Below, in pieces: positions 28,065 through 37,163 of a stretch of DNA of 64,000 nt (position 1 is the first letter of the stretch; the number at the start of each line of letters is the position of its first letter). Below the pieces are notes generated by a model. That model worked only from the letters and a program-made list of their open reading frames with translations, ran no database searches and was not told the DNA's origin. The position numbers were made by a program, and so were the translations under genes. The stretch lies in NCBI GenBank assembly GCA_034669905.1, contig JAXMOL010000011.1, positions 64,001 to 128,000 on the forward strand, in the 5' to 3' direction. Source of the stretch: Candidatus Hydrogenedentota bacterium. Lineage in GTDB: Bacteria; Hydrogenedentota; Hydrogenedentia; Hydrogenedentales; JAEUWI01.

Positions 28065-28476
28065 ACATCCTGTTGAAGAGGGGGACAGCCCCGACGTCTG
28101 CACGGGCTTCGCTGTGGCCAGAGGGAATTTTTCGCCCGCGGGTTGACGGCACTTAGCCCGGTTCATTGCGTCGGTGCAGTCCCCGCTGATGGCACAAAAA
28201 AGGACTTCACTGGAGCGAGGCCGCCCGACAAAGGCCACAGAAAAAACAAGTTACAGCACACGTTCAAGCGTGGAGTTCATGAGCTCAATGCACCCACAAA
28301 CTTCCCCCGCTGCGCTCCCCCGCTGCGCTCCTCCGCTTGAGGGTGGCACCCGACATCCTGTTGAAGAGGGGGACAGCCCCGACGTCTGCACGGGCTTCGC
28401 TGTGGCCAGAGGGAATTTTTCGCCCGCGGGTTGACGGCACGTAGCCCGGTTCATTGCGTCGGTGCAGTCCCCGCTG
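27926..28476. repeat. Tandem direct duplication (263 bp + 276 bp) of REP-containing intergenic DNA
   Basis: Copy 1 at 27926-28188, copy 2 at 28201-28476; four substitutions and a 13-bp internal duplication (cccccgctgcgct) in copy 2. Confidence 0.95.
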
Positions 28477-28480
28477 CTCG

Positions 28481-28837
28481 TCAGCCAAACAACTCCGCCC
28501 ACACGTCTTCTTTAAATCCCACCGTGGCCGCGTCATCGCCCAATACAAAAGGACGTTTGACTAGATTGCCATTCTCCGCGAGCATGGCCAACGCTTCGTC
28601 TTCCGACAGAGTCGGCAGCTTCTCCTTCATGTTCAGGGCCTTGTAGTCCTGTCCGGAAGTGTTGAAGAGCTTCTTGATGTTCCCGTCCATGGCCGCAAGC
28701 ATCGTCTTCAACTCGGTGACCTTCGGCGGCGTTTCGCGGATGGGGTGGTTCTCATAGGCGACGCCCTGTGCATCGAGCCACTTGAGGGCTTTCTTACAGG
28801 TGCCACAGTTTTTGTAGGTGTAGAGTTTGAGGGCCAT
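28481..28837 (-). CDS. ArsC/Spx family (YffB-like) thioredoxin-fold protein
   Basis: LYTYKNCGTCKKA, LFNTSGQDY, LVKRPFV, VGF; start MALKL after AAAGGA. Confidence 0.9.
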   Translation of the reverse strand: MALKLYTYKNCGTCKKALKWLDAQGVAYENHPIRETPPKVTELKTMLAAMDGNIKKLFNTSGQDYKALNMKEKLPTLSEDEALAMLAENGNLVKRPFVLGDDAATVGFKEDVWAELFG

Positions 28838-28935
28838 GGGTTTTCCTTTTCTTATGTTGTCGTCGCTTGGACCGGGCCGCACATGGTACCCGGATGGGCA
28901 GGCAGGCTACAAGCTGTGGCAGACGCCCGTCGTTG

Positions 28936-29091
28936 AAAGGACCAAAAGGACATAAAGGACGTAAAGGCCAGCGAGACGGATGAGCGGGCTGGATAGCGGT
29001 TCAAAGACCACGAATTGGCACCGGTGTCACCGTGCCCTGTGCGCTTCGACAGTCATTGTCCTTTGGGTCCTTTATGTCCTTTAGGTCCTTT
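28936..29091. repeat. 9-nt periodic AAAGGAC x4 / GTCCTTT x4 inverted repeat
   Basis: aaaggacca-aaaggacat-aaaggacgt-aaaggcc (28936-28969) and gtcctttgg-gtcctttat-gtcctttag-gtccttt (29058-29091). Confidence 0.85.
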
Positions 29092-29170
29092 CCCCGCAGC
29101 TTGCCTCCGCCCCCTTTCCATGCTAGGATTGGTTATAACCACTTTGCACCATTACCTGAGGGAATCTATT

Positions 29171-30379
29171 ATGCCGAAATGCCATCTCCTCTTCGCACTG
29201 GCCTTGCTCTCCCCACTCGCGGCCCCTGCCACGACCTTCTCCGAGCACCTCATCTACGAGAAATTCAGCTACCCCTATGGCATCGCAGCGGGTGACCTGG
29301 ATGGCGATGGCGACCTCGACCTCTCCAGTGCCGACTGCAAGACCAATGACTCCGTCTACTGGTTCGAAAACGACGGACAGGGAAATTTCACCCAACACTT
29401 CGTCCAGAAGAATGACCCCGATCGGCTGGAGCGCCATTTACTGGGCGATGTGAACGCCGACGGACACCTGGACATCGTCATCGTAAAAAACCTCCGGGGC
29501 CACCTTCTCTGGTTCGAAAACAACGGTACCCCGAAAGACGGTCAACTGTGGAAGCGACACGTCATCACCGAAGATCTTCCCGGAGCCTATGACGTGGCCC
29601 TGGCCGACATCGATCAGGATGGCGATCTCGATGTAGCGGGCTCCAGTTGGGTATTGGGCAATCAGTTCGCCTGGTTTGAGAACGACGGTACCCCTGCGGA
29701 TGGCCATTGGAAGAAACACCTCATCGAAGGGGATGTGGACGAAACCCGCGCCATTCGTGCCGCCGATTTTGATGCCGATGGCGATGTGGACTTTCTGGGC
29801 GTCATCTCGGTAAACCCGGTGGCTAACGAAGACGGCGTGAAAGAATTCAAACCCGGCTTTGTGGTCTGGTATGAGCAATACCGCGACGGTGACGCCATTG
29901 CCTTTCGTCGCCATGATGTGGCCACGGCTATTCGCCCGCTCCATGGCGAGCCCGCCGATATGGATGGAGACGGCGACCTGGATATTGTGATGGCCATGGG
30001 CATGTCTGCCCCCGTGGACAGGAAAGACACCCATCGGGTCCTGTGGTATGAGAACACGGACGACCGTCATGCGCCCTGGCCTGCCCACGTGGTGGCCGAT
30101 CGCTTCCGGGACGGCTTCGAAGCCATTGCCTACGATATGGATCAGGATGGCGACATGGATGTAATCGCGACGTCGTGGCGGACACCGGGCCAAGTGGCCT
30201 GGTTTGAAAATTCGGGCGATGCGAAAGGCCCGTGGACGAAACACCCCTTGAAGACCGACTGGCGGAGTGCAAACCAGGTCATCGTCGCGGACTTCAATGG
30301 CGACAAGCGCCCCGACATTGCCGCTATCGCGGAATATGGCAGTCTGGAACTTCGCTGGTGGCGCAACGAAGGGCCGTGA
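29171..30379 (+). CDS. Secreted FG-GAP/VCBS repeat beta-propeller protein
   Basis: Seven DxDxDGxxD repeats with WFEN/WYEN linkers; signal peptide. Confidence 0.9.
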   Translation: MPKCHLLFALALLSPLAAPATTFSEHLIYEKFSYPYGIAAGDLDGDGDLDLSSADCKTNDSVYWFENDGQGNFTQHFVQKNDPDRLERHLLGDVNADGHLDIVIVKNLRGHLLWFENNGTPKDGQLWKRHVITEDLPGAYDVALADIDQDGDLDVAGSSWVLGNQFAWFENDGTPADGHWKKHLIEGDVDETRAIRAADFDADGDVDFLGVISVNPVANEDGVKEFKPGFVVWYEQYRDGDAIAFRRHDVATAIRPLHGEPADMDGDGDLDIVMAMGMSAPVDRKDTHRVLWYENTDDRHAPWPAHVVADRFRDGFEAIAYDMDQDGDMDVIATSWRTPGQVAWFENSGDAKGPWTKHPLKTDWRSANQVIVADFNGDKRPDIAAIAEYGSLELRWWRNEGP

Positions 30380-30385
30380 CTTTCC

Positions 30386-31000
30386 CTACACGAAGAGGAC
30401 GGGTAGCCCGTCCAGGATAAGCGCCAGAATCGCGAACTTTGACCAGCGACGATCCCACGGGTAGAGGCTGGACACGGCCAGGATCACGGATGCAATGATG
30501 GCGACCGTGCCCACCCCGATGAGGGGCGGTAATACGAATGAAAACGACGCGCCACGGAGCGAAAGGTCGTTGTAGTTGTGGGACATGATAAGGTGGAGCA
30601 TGGCCGCACTCAACAGCGAAAGTCCCACCACGGACAAGACCAGCGCTGCCGCCGCACGGGGAATAACGCGGCGCGTCCGGCGGATACTCGTGGGGGAAGG
30701 TGCCTTGACGTAGACCACACCATCATGCCCCATGACCCGGGCATCTAACTGCACGGCCATGGCCAACATCTTGGTGAGGACTTCGAGATCAGAAGAAACG
30801 CCCACCACGTTGCCCCGCTCCAGGCGGAACACGTTGGCATGGGTCTTCCAGCTCACCGCCCCGTTGGGGTCATCTTCCACCCCGTCACGGCGCAACTCCC
30901 CATCAAGCGCCACGTGATCTGCCCATTCCTCGGCAGTTATCTCGGGGCCGTCCTCCTGAGAATAACGCGTACGGCGGGTAATGTAATAGGTTTCTTCCAT
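30386..31000 (-). CDS. Hypothetical membrane protein
   Basis: ATG start 2 bp after the upstream stop; soluble N-terminus (ITAEEW...LDARVMGHDG) plus about three C-terminal TM segments. Confidence 0.6.
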   Translation of the reverse strand: MEETYYITRRTRYSQEDGPEITAEEWADHVALDGELRRDGVEDDPNGAVSWKTHANVFRLERGNVVGVSSDLEVLTKMLAMAVQLDARVMGHDGVVYVKAPSPTSIRRTRRVIPRAAAALVLSVVGLSLLSAAMLHLIMSHNYNDLSLRGASFSFVLPPLIGVGTVAIIASVILAVSSLYPWDRRWSKFAILALILDGLPVLFV

Positions 31001-31002
31001 AA

Positions 31003-31449
31003 TTATTCTACTTCTCCGGTCGGTCCCATTTGGAGTTCTCCCAACGACACCACGTCCGTTGTATGCCCCAAGGTGACGGGCACATCGACGACGCCGAAGG
31101 ACCCCGTCTCCACCTGGAAAACTACGGTAATCGCCTCGCCATCGCCTGCTGAATCCGGGCGCCCTCCCCGACGCGGCACGGATCCTTCATAGGTAAACGA
31201 TAGTGTCCCATCGGCATCCGTGTACCCATCATAGATCACCGCCTCCCCCACTTTCACGATCACGCGGCGCCCTTCGATGGCTTCGCCGGACTGTCCGTTG
31301 ACCAAGGCACCGCGCACCTCCACGGCATAGTCATAGCGCACACAGCCCCCGAGGCCGAGCACGAGCAGAGAAAGACACAAAAGGGGGCGGATGACGGTGG
31401 CCGATAGCCATCGCCCGAAAAAAAACGGCCATGAAATTACGTGATTCAT
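31003..31449 (-). CDS. Hypothetical lipoprotein (prealbumin/carboxypeptidase-regulatory-like fold)
   Basis: Lipobox LGGC; VRGALVNGQSGEAI..YTDADGTLSF; GGAGG RBS. Confidence 0.55.
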   Translation of the reverse strand: MNHVISWPFFFGRWLSATVIRPLLCLSLLVLGLGGCVRYDYAVEVRGALVNGQSGEAIEGRRVIVKVGEAVIYDGYTDADGTLSFTYEGSVPRRGGRPDSAGDGEAITVVFQVETGSFGVVDVPVTLGHTTDVVSLGELQMGPTGEVE

Positions 31450-31486
31450 TCTCTCACCCTCCACCGGTCCGCCCCACCGGCCCTGT

Positions 31487-32890
31487 TCATGCACCGGCGA
31501 CCACGACGGGTTCCGGCAGTTGGCGCTCGATTTCATCGACCCGATAGCCAAAGCCCGTGCCCGAGAGACTCTCGAGGCGCACCACGCCGTCACGACGCTG
31601 GTAAAGCCCTGGATGCACCTTGGCTTCCGGCTGGCTCGCATCCGGATAAAACTGCATGGCATTGGTTTCGACGCCCATGATGGTGCCTGCGTGAGCCGCG
31701 AGCAAGACATGGGGAATCTGAGCGAGCATGGGGTTGGTCAAATCCTGCACCATGAGGGTCATGCCGTGGGCCTTGGCCCAACACATGCTCAAGAGCGCAC
31801 CCGTCTGGGTTTTACAGGTCTTGAGCGCAACGCCCGTCCAACCCAGCTCCCGCCCCAGGCGCACCAGCTCCCAGTCATGGGCGCTTTCATCCATAAACAG
31901 GGGCTTGCGGGACGAGACACTGTGTACATCGATCCGGTTTTCTTCCAGCTCGTAGGGGAAGGGTTGTTCCACATAGAGGAGCATGCCGCAGATGCGGGGA
32001 TACTCCACGATAAGCCGGTCGAGAATGGCGTTTACATAGGCCGGATCCGTCACCGTGCAATTGAAGTCTGTGGTCAACCAGACCACGCCCTCTTCGATGG
32101 CGATGGTGCCCACATCCACAATGCGCTGGTAATCCCACACCGCATCGGTGCCACAAAGCTTAATCTTCAGACAGGTAAGCCCATCGGTGCGAATCCAGTC
32201 TTTTAACAGCACCGGGTAGTCATCCTGCGGCAGGACGATATCGGGTTCGAAAAAGGTCAGCGGGTCTTTGCCACCGACGAGGTGCCAGGCGGGCAGCGCC
32301 GTCGGGTGGGGCAATTGGAAAAAGTCCTGGGGATACAATCCATCAAAGGACACATCCGTGCCCGTCGCCGGCTCAACAAACTGGCTCAGGTCCCGGTTCA
32401 TGTAATTGCCGTTGTAGGTTTCGTAGACGGGCACCTTGTTGAGATTGCCGTAGGCGTCGTGGAGGGCGATATCGAAGGCGGAGCAGCAGACGAGGGCCGC
32501 GAGCCAGGGCATATCTTCATCGGCCCGCCCCGCGTTGAAGTCGGCCAGCAGGGTGGGCAATTGCTCTTGCAGGAAATCGTGGCCCACTTCCATGGCATGG
32601 CCCATTGTGTCGAAGGCCGCCCAGGCCGTCGCCAGTTTCTCGCAGAAGGCCATGAGGGCCCCTTCGCGGATACTGTAGTCCAGGCTGCTGGGCCAGACCC
32701 AATTGCCACTCAAGGGAGTCTCGCCCCAACCGGCGGCCCGGTTACCGTCGGCATCACATACCTCCATCTTCACGCGGGCACATTGGATATGGGTAGATAC
32801 GGCCGACCCGAACTTGAGGGGCACGCGGAGGGTGCAGGGGATGTAGTAGAGCTGGGTAGCGACGGGGCGTACGTCGGTCGATTTCGACAC
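31487..32890 (-). CDS. Enolase-superfamily (mandelate racemase/MLE-like) enzyme
   Basis: GWGET, FDIALHDAYG, KxK (LKIKL), TDFN, YVEQP, MDES, ALKTCK; start either GTG 32890 (TAAGGA RBS) or ATG 32923. Confidence 0.8.
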   Translation of the reverse strand: MSKSTDVRPVATQLYYIPCTLRVPLKFGSAVSTHIQCARVKMEVCDADGNRAAGWGETPLSGNWVWPSSLDYSIREGALMAFCEKLATAWAAFDTMGHAMEVGHDFLQEQLPTLLADFNAGRADEDMPWLAALVCCSAFDIALHDAYGNLNKVPVYETYNGNYMNRDLSQFVEPATGTDVSFDGLYPQDFFQLPHPTALPAWHLVGGKDPLTFFEPDIVLPQDDYPVLLKDWIRTDGLTCLKIKLCGTDAVWDYQRIVDVGTIAIEEGVVWLTTDFNCTVTDPAYVNAILDRLIVEYPRICGMLLYVEQPFPYELEENRIDVHSVSSRKPLFMDESAHDWELVRLGRELGWTGVALKTCKTQTGALLSMCWAKAHGMTLMVQDLTNPMLAQIPHVLLAAHAGTIMGVETNAMQFYPDASQPEAKVHPGLYQRRDGVVRLESLSGTGFGYRVDEIERQLPEPVVVAGA

Positions 32891-32998
32891 GTTTTCATTC
32901 CTTATGGGCACAAATCCGGACATGGGTGAAACAATTCACTATGTTCCACGGGTCCAAACGAAGCGTTAAATACTTAACCTGAGAATAGGAAGTGTGCC

Positions 32999-33907
32999 AT
33001 GAGTACCCTCCGGACTACAATGCTTCTCGCTGTCTGCCTCGTTGTCGCTCCCCTCTGGGCGGCGCCTATCGTCGAGAAGGTCACCCATCATCATGCGGAG
33101 AACGACGGCGTCAAGATACACTACGTCGCCCTTGGGGAAGGGCCGCTTCTGGTCTTTATCCACGGCTTTCCCGACTATTGGTATAGCTGGCGCCACCAAC
33201 TGGAAGCCCTCGCAAAAGACTATCGTGTCGTCGCCCTGGACCAGCGGGGCTACAACCAAAGCGACAAGCCAACGGGGGCGGATAACTATGGCATTTCCCA
33301 TCTGGTGGGCGATGTGGTGGCCGTCATTCAGGACAACGGAGCCGAAAAAGCGACGCTGGTCGGCCATGACTGGGGAGGCTACGTGGCGTGGTCCACGGCC
33401 ATGTCTGCGCCAGCGCACGTGAGCGCCCTGGTCATCTGTAACCTGCCCCACCCCACCAATCTGCAGCGTGAACTCGCCCACAATCCCGCACAACAAGAGG
33501 CCAGTGCCTATGCGCGGGCCTTTCAATTGCCCGGGGCCTACAAACAGTTAAGCCCCGAGATCCTTACCCAGATTGTGGCAAAGGACGACGTGGAGGCCCA
33601 GGCGCACTATCGTGAAGCCTTCCAACGCTCCAACATCGAAGCCATGCTCCACTACTACACCCAGAACTATCCCCGACCGCCCTACACGGAAACCGGCGAG
33701 GCCCTCCCCCGCATCGGGGTTCCGGTCCTCCAGTTTCATGGCCTGGCCGACGAGGCCCTCTTGCCCGGGGGCTTAAACGATACCTGGAAGTACCTGGATG
33801 GACCCTATACCCTGGTCACGGTGCCGGGAGCTGGTCACTGGGTGCACCACGACGCGCCCGACCTGATTAACCATACGCTCTTGGATTGGCTGGGGCGGAA
33901 CCGGTAG
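32999..33907 (+). CDS. Alpha/beta hydrolase, epoxide hydrolase-like, with signal peptide
   Basis: HGFPD.WYSWR, DQRGYNQSD, GHDWGG, GHWVHHD. Confidence 0.9.
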   Translation: MSTLRTTMLLAVCLVVAPLWAAPIVEKVTHHHAENDGVKIHYVALGEGPLLVFIHGFPDYWYSWRHQLEALAKDYRVVALDQRGYNQSDKPTGADNYGISHLVGDVVAVIQDNGAEKATLVGHDWGGYVAWSTAMSAPAHVSALVICNLPHPTNLQRELAHNPAQQEASAYARAFQLPGAYKQLSPEILTQIVAKDDVEAQAHYREAFQRSNIEAMLHYYTQNYPRPPYTETGEALPRIGVPVLQFHGLADEALLPGGLNDTWKYLDGPYTLVTVPGAGHWVHHDAPDLINHTLLDWLGRNR

Positions 33908-33997
33908 AATTCCGTCGTATCCACGCCGCAATAAACCGCCACCGTCGGGCATTTCTGTGTAATTTTGCGGTGCATCGACCTATCTCCGGACTCCCCC

Positions 33998-34828
33998 ATG
34001 CCTGTAAAGCCCATCCGTGCGGAGCGCAAAAAGCGGCTATCGCTCCTGCGCCAACCCCTTGACGATCTCTACGCACACTACAACCAACGGCACTTCGTCC
34101 ATCCCGATCCCCTGTCACCCCTCTATGACTTTGCCGACCCGCGGGATCAGGAAGTGGCGGGGCTCATCACGGCCACCTTGGCCTTCGGAAACGTGAAGCA
34201 AATCCTGAAGAGTATTGCGGTGGTGCTGGATTGCTTTCCGGAACCGGCAAAAACCCTGCCGGAGCTTTCCGACCGAAAACTCGCTCAGTGTCTGCAGGGC
34301 TTCCGGCACCGCTACGTCACCGGGGTCGAGATGGCCTCGCTCCTGGCCGGTGTCCGACAGGCCTTGCGCGAACATCAATCCATCGGGGCCTGTTTCGATG
34401 CCCTCGACGACCCTACCGAGAGCACCCTCGTGCCCACCCTGGGCCGCTTCGTCACCTATCTGTGTGCACATGGCACGGCGGAACGCAACTACCTGCTTCC
34501 CGACCCGAAGAAGGGCAGTGCCTGCAAGCGTTGGTTCATGTACCTCCGGTGGATGGTACGCGAAGACACCGTCGACCTCGGACATTGGGCCCATCTGGGT
34601 GCCCACCGATTGGTCATTCCCGTGGATACCCACATGCACCGCGTCGCCCGGGGCATGTTTCTGACCCGACGCAAAAGCGCGGATTTGAAGACGGCCCTCG
34701 AGATTACCCAAGCCTTTCAGGTCATCTGCCCCGAGGACCCGGTGCGGTACGATTTCTGCCTGACCCGCCTGGGCATCCGCGAAGAGGGCGACATGGATGC
34801 CTTCTTGAAAGGGCTGCGGAAGGGTTAA
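33998..34828 (+). CDS. TIGR02757 / DUF2400 family protein
   Basis: HPDPL, LAFGNVKQI, SACKRWFMYLRWMVR, PVDTH, DPVRYDFCL. Confidence 0.9.
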   Translation: MPVKPIRAERKKRLSLLRQPLDDLYAHYNQRHFVHPDPLSPLYDFADPRDQEVAGLITATLAFGNVKQILKSIAVVLDCFPEPAKTLPELSDRKLAQCLQGFRHRYVTGVEMASLLAGVRQALREHQSIGACFDALDDPTESTLVPTLGRFVTYLCAHGTAERNYLLPDPKKGSACKRWFMYLRWMVREDTVDLGHWAHLGAHRLVIPVDTHMHRVARGMFLTRRKSADLKTALEITQAFQVICPEDPVRYDFCLTRLGIREEGDMDAFLKGLRKG

Positions 34829-34860
34829 CTATGTCCCGGGTATATTGCGTAGTGGATGGC

Positions 34861-35049
34861 CCGGACTTTCAGCCCTACTTACGCGGATGTACCCTCGTCA
34901 TGGGGCGTTGCCCCATGCTGGTATGTTTTCAGGCCGTTGGCCCTGTCTATTCCCAACCGCGCCACATCGAGCGCCCATGGTCAACTGGGTAGAGCCTTAG
35001 CGTTGTGTCGGCCCGGCATAACGCATGGTCCAAAGGGCTGAAAGCCCGG
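34861..35049. repeat. REP-like composite element, family C
   Basis: ccggactttcagccct, catggggcgttgccccatgctg, ggccgttggccc, agggctgaaagcccgg. Confidence 0.8.
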
Positions 35050-35109
35050 TCCATGAATTGAACGAGGCTCGTCGCCCTCCTGCCAAACGAAACTCCGTGA
35101 ATATCGCCC

Positions 35110-36339
35110 CTATGCGGCAACCTTGTTACGTTCCCGACGCCAGTAGTAGAGATGCAAAACCAAGACAATCCCCTGTTCCAGAAACTTGAGGGAGACGAGG
35201 CCCCACAGCCCCGCGGCATACCAGGCGGGGACGACCAGCGCGATCGACAACAGGCGCGAACTGAGGGTGGGCACGAGGATGGCCCGGCGATTGGCGGTGG
35301 CGCGGTAGTAATTGTTAAACAGCAGGTTGATAGGCGTGGCCACGAGCACGATGGACAGTACCTGGGCCAGGGGAATGGCGTCCCGATAATCCACGAAGAG
35401 CAGGTGCAGCAGCAAGGTCATGAACACCGCCGCGCCCATGGCAAAGAGCACCCCGGCCCCCAGAAGATAGACTAGCTTTCTCCCGGTAACCGCCGTGTGG
35501 CCCGTGGCAAAGCGGGCAGAGAACACCGAAAAGAGGGGCACCACCACGGAGCGCAATTTGCTGTAGGGCATGAGCGCCAGGTAGAGCATCCCGATTTGTT
35601 CCGGGTCCCCCAGGGTGCCCACGAGCACCTTATCAAAGTTGTTTTCCAGCATGACGATGCCACTGACCACGGTGGCAAAGGCCCCATAACCAATGAGTTC
35701 GGGATCCGACGCTCCCGCGCGAAGGGTCTGCTGGCAACGGAAGCACATCACGCCTGCGAGGAGCAGGTGGCTCCCAAGATAAGCCAACATGACGGGCCAC
35801 ACCTGACTGGGAAAAAGGAGGGTAGCCCCCACGGCCGCGATAATACGTCCTGCGAAGAGGGTCGAAAAGAAGCGTGCCTCCCGGCCAAATTCCTGTCGCC
35901 CGTTGAGAAAGGCGGAAAAGTATTCCAGGGGACGAAACACGGGGAAAAAGACGGCGCACACCACGAGGCTGATGGCCCGGTCGATGTTTCCCTGCCCGTA
36001 GTAATAGAGCGCAATCGCCAGTAGGATAGCGGTCCCCGAAAGGGCCACGAGACTGGCGAAACGGACGCCCCGCTTAAAGGACGTGTCGAAGCCCCGGGCG
36101 ACGGAGCGGGTCATGCTGTCGCTGATGCCCATGTAGGCACAGATGCTGAGCATACTTAAGAGGGACGTGAGATAGACGAATTCGTCGAACACGCCCACCC
36201 CGGCCACGTTGGCCAGGTACCAGGTGAAGGCGAAGCTGGCGGTGAGTTCCGTACCCGATTTCAGGAGCTTATAGCGCCCGCCACCGACGAGGTGTTTCAC
36301 GTCGCCGTGCCCCCAGATTGCACGTAGCCGCCCCATCAT
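35110..36339 (-). CDS. Oligosaccharide flippase (Wzx/MOP family)
   Basis: About 12 TM segments, FDKVLVG..IGMLY motif; last gene of a glycosyltransferase operon. Confidence 0.8.
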   Translation of the reverse strand: MMGRLRAIWGHGDVKHLVGGGRYKLLKSGTELTASFAFTWYLANVAGVGVFDEFVYLTSLLSMLSICAYMGISDSMTRSVARGFDTSFKRGVRFASLVALSGTAILLAIALYYYGQGNIDRAISLVVCAVFFPVFRPLEYFSAFLNGRQEFGREARFFSTLFAGRIIAAVGATLLFPSQVWPVMLAYLGSHLLLAGVMCFRCQQTLRAGASDPELIGYGAFATVVSGIVMLENNFDKVLVGTLGDPEQIGMLYLALMPYSKLRSVVVPLFSVFSARFATGHTAVTGRKLVYLLGAGVLFAMGAAVFMTLLLHLLFVDYRDAIPLAQVLSIVLVATPINLLFNNYYRATANRRAILVPTLSSRLLSIALVVPAWYAAGLWGLVSLKFLEQGIVLVLHLYYWRRERNKVAA

Positions 36340-37163
36340 GTGCGGGACCGCGTGAGGCGCTGTTTGACGCCCTTCAAGCAGCCCGGAAGCAGCAATTTGA
36401 ACGCAAGTGGCACGAGCACTCGATAGTGCCCGAGTGGTTTATGACCCGTGCGCAAATAGTGCCACCGAATCCGAAGGGTGCACCGCACCTGCTCCTTCCA
36501 TCGGGTGTAGGATATAGACGTGGCCCCGTGGGTGGGACGACAGGCCAACGGCTCGGGGAGATTGTGTCCTTCGGTGAGCGCGAGCAGGCGAAAGTAGAGA
36601 TCGTAATCCTGGGAGCAGGGATAGGCGGGGTTATAGCCTCCGCACTGACGGACCAAATCCAGGCGCGCCACGATGGTGGGGTGGATGAAGGGACAGGCAT
36701 TCCAGATCGTCTGCTGGATGCTTGCGGCCGTCTCGGGCTTTCGCCGGATAGACACCTGACCGGTTTGCTGATTGGTCTCCTCGGTGGCGCAGCCGACGAT
36801 GCCTACCTCGGGGTGGGCCTGTAGATAGTCCAGCTGCCGGGCGAGCTTTTCCGGGTGCCAGGTATCCCCGGCATCGATGCGGGCCATCCAGGTACCCGAT
36901 GCGGCCGCAACGCCCGCCACCAGGGCGCGGGTAAGCCCCCCCTGCTCCGTCTGAACGACCAGCCGAAGACGGGGCTCTTTGCCGAAGGCCCGTTCCATGA
37001 TCGCCACGGTGTCATCGGTGGAGCCATCATCCACCACGATGCACTCCAGATCAGACATGGTCTGGGAAAATACACTTTCCAGGGTCGCCGCGATTGCTGC
37101 AGCTTCGTTGTGGACGCCCATCACGACGGAGACACAGGGCGCTGGCTTGCGCGGCCCGCTCAT
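36336..37163 (-). CDS. Glycosyltransferase family 2
   Basis: VSVVMGVHNE, IVVDDGSTD, ARIDAGD, QDYDL; ATGA overlap with the upstream gene. Confidence 0.92.
   Translation of the reverse strand: MSGPRKPAPCVSVVMGVHNEAAAIAATLESVFSQTMSDLECIVVDDGSTDDTVAIMERAFGKEPRLRLVVQTEQGGLTRALVAGVAAASGTWMARIDAGDTWHPEKLARQLDYLQAHPEVGIVGCATEETNQQTGQVSIRRKPETAASIQQTIWNACPFIHPTIVARLDLVRQCGGYNPAYPCSQDYDLYFRLLALTEGHNLPEPLACRPTHGATSISYTRWKEQVRCTLRIRWHYLRTGHKPLGHYRVLVPLAFKLLLPGCLKGVKQRLTRSRT

Noticed and set aside
27926..28476. Possible CRISPR array, or small duplicated ORFs
   Set aside because: Only two long units with no unique spacers and no cas genes; the ORFs are translations of palindromic repeats
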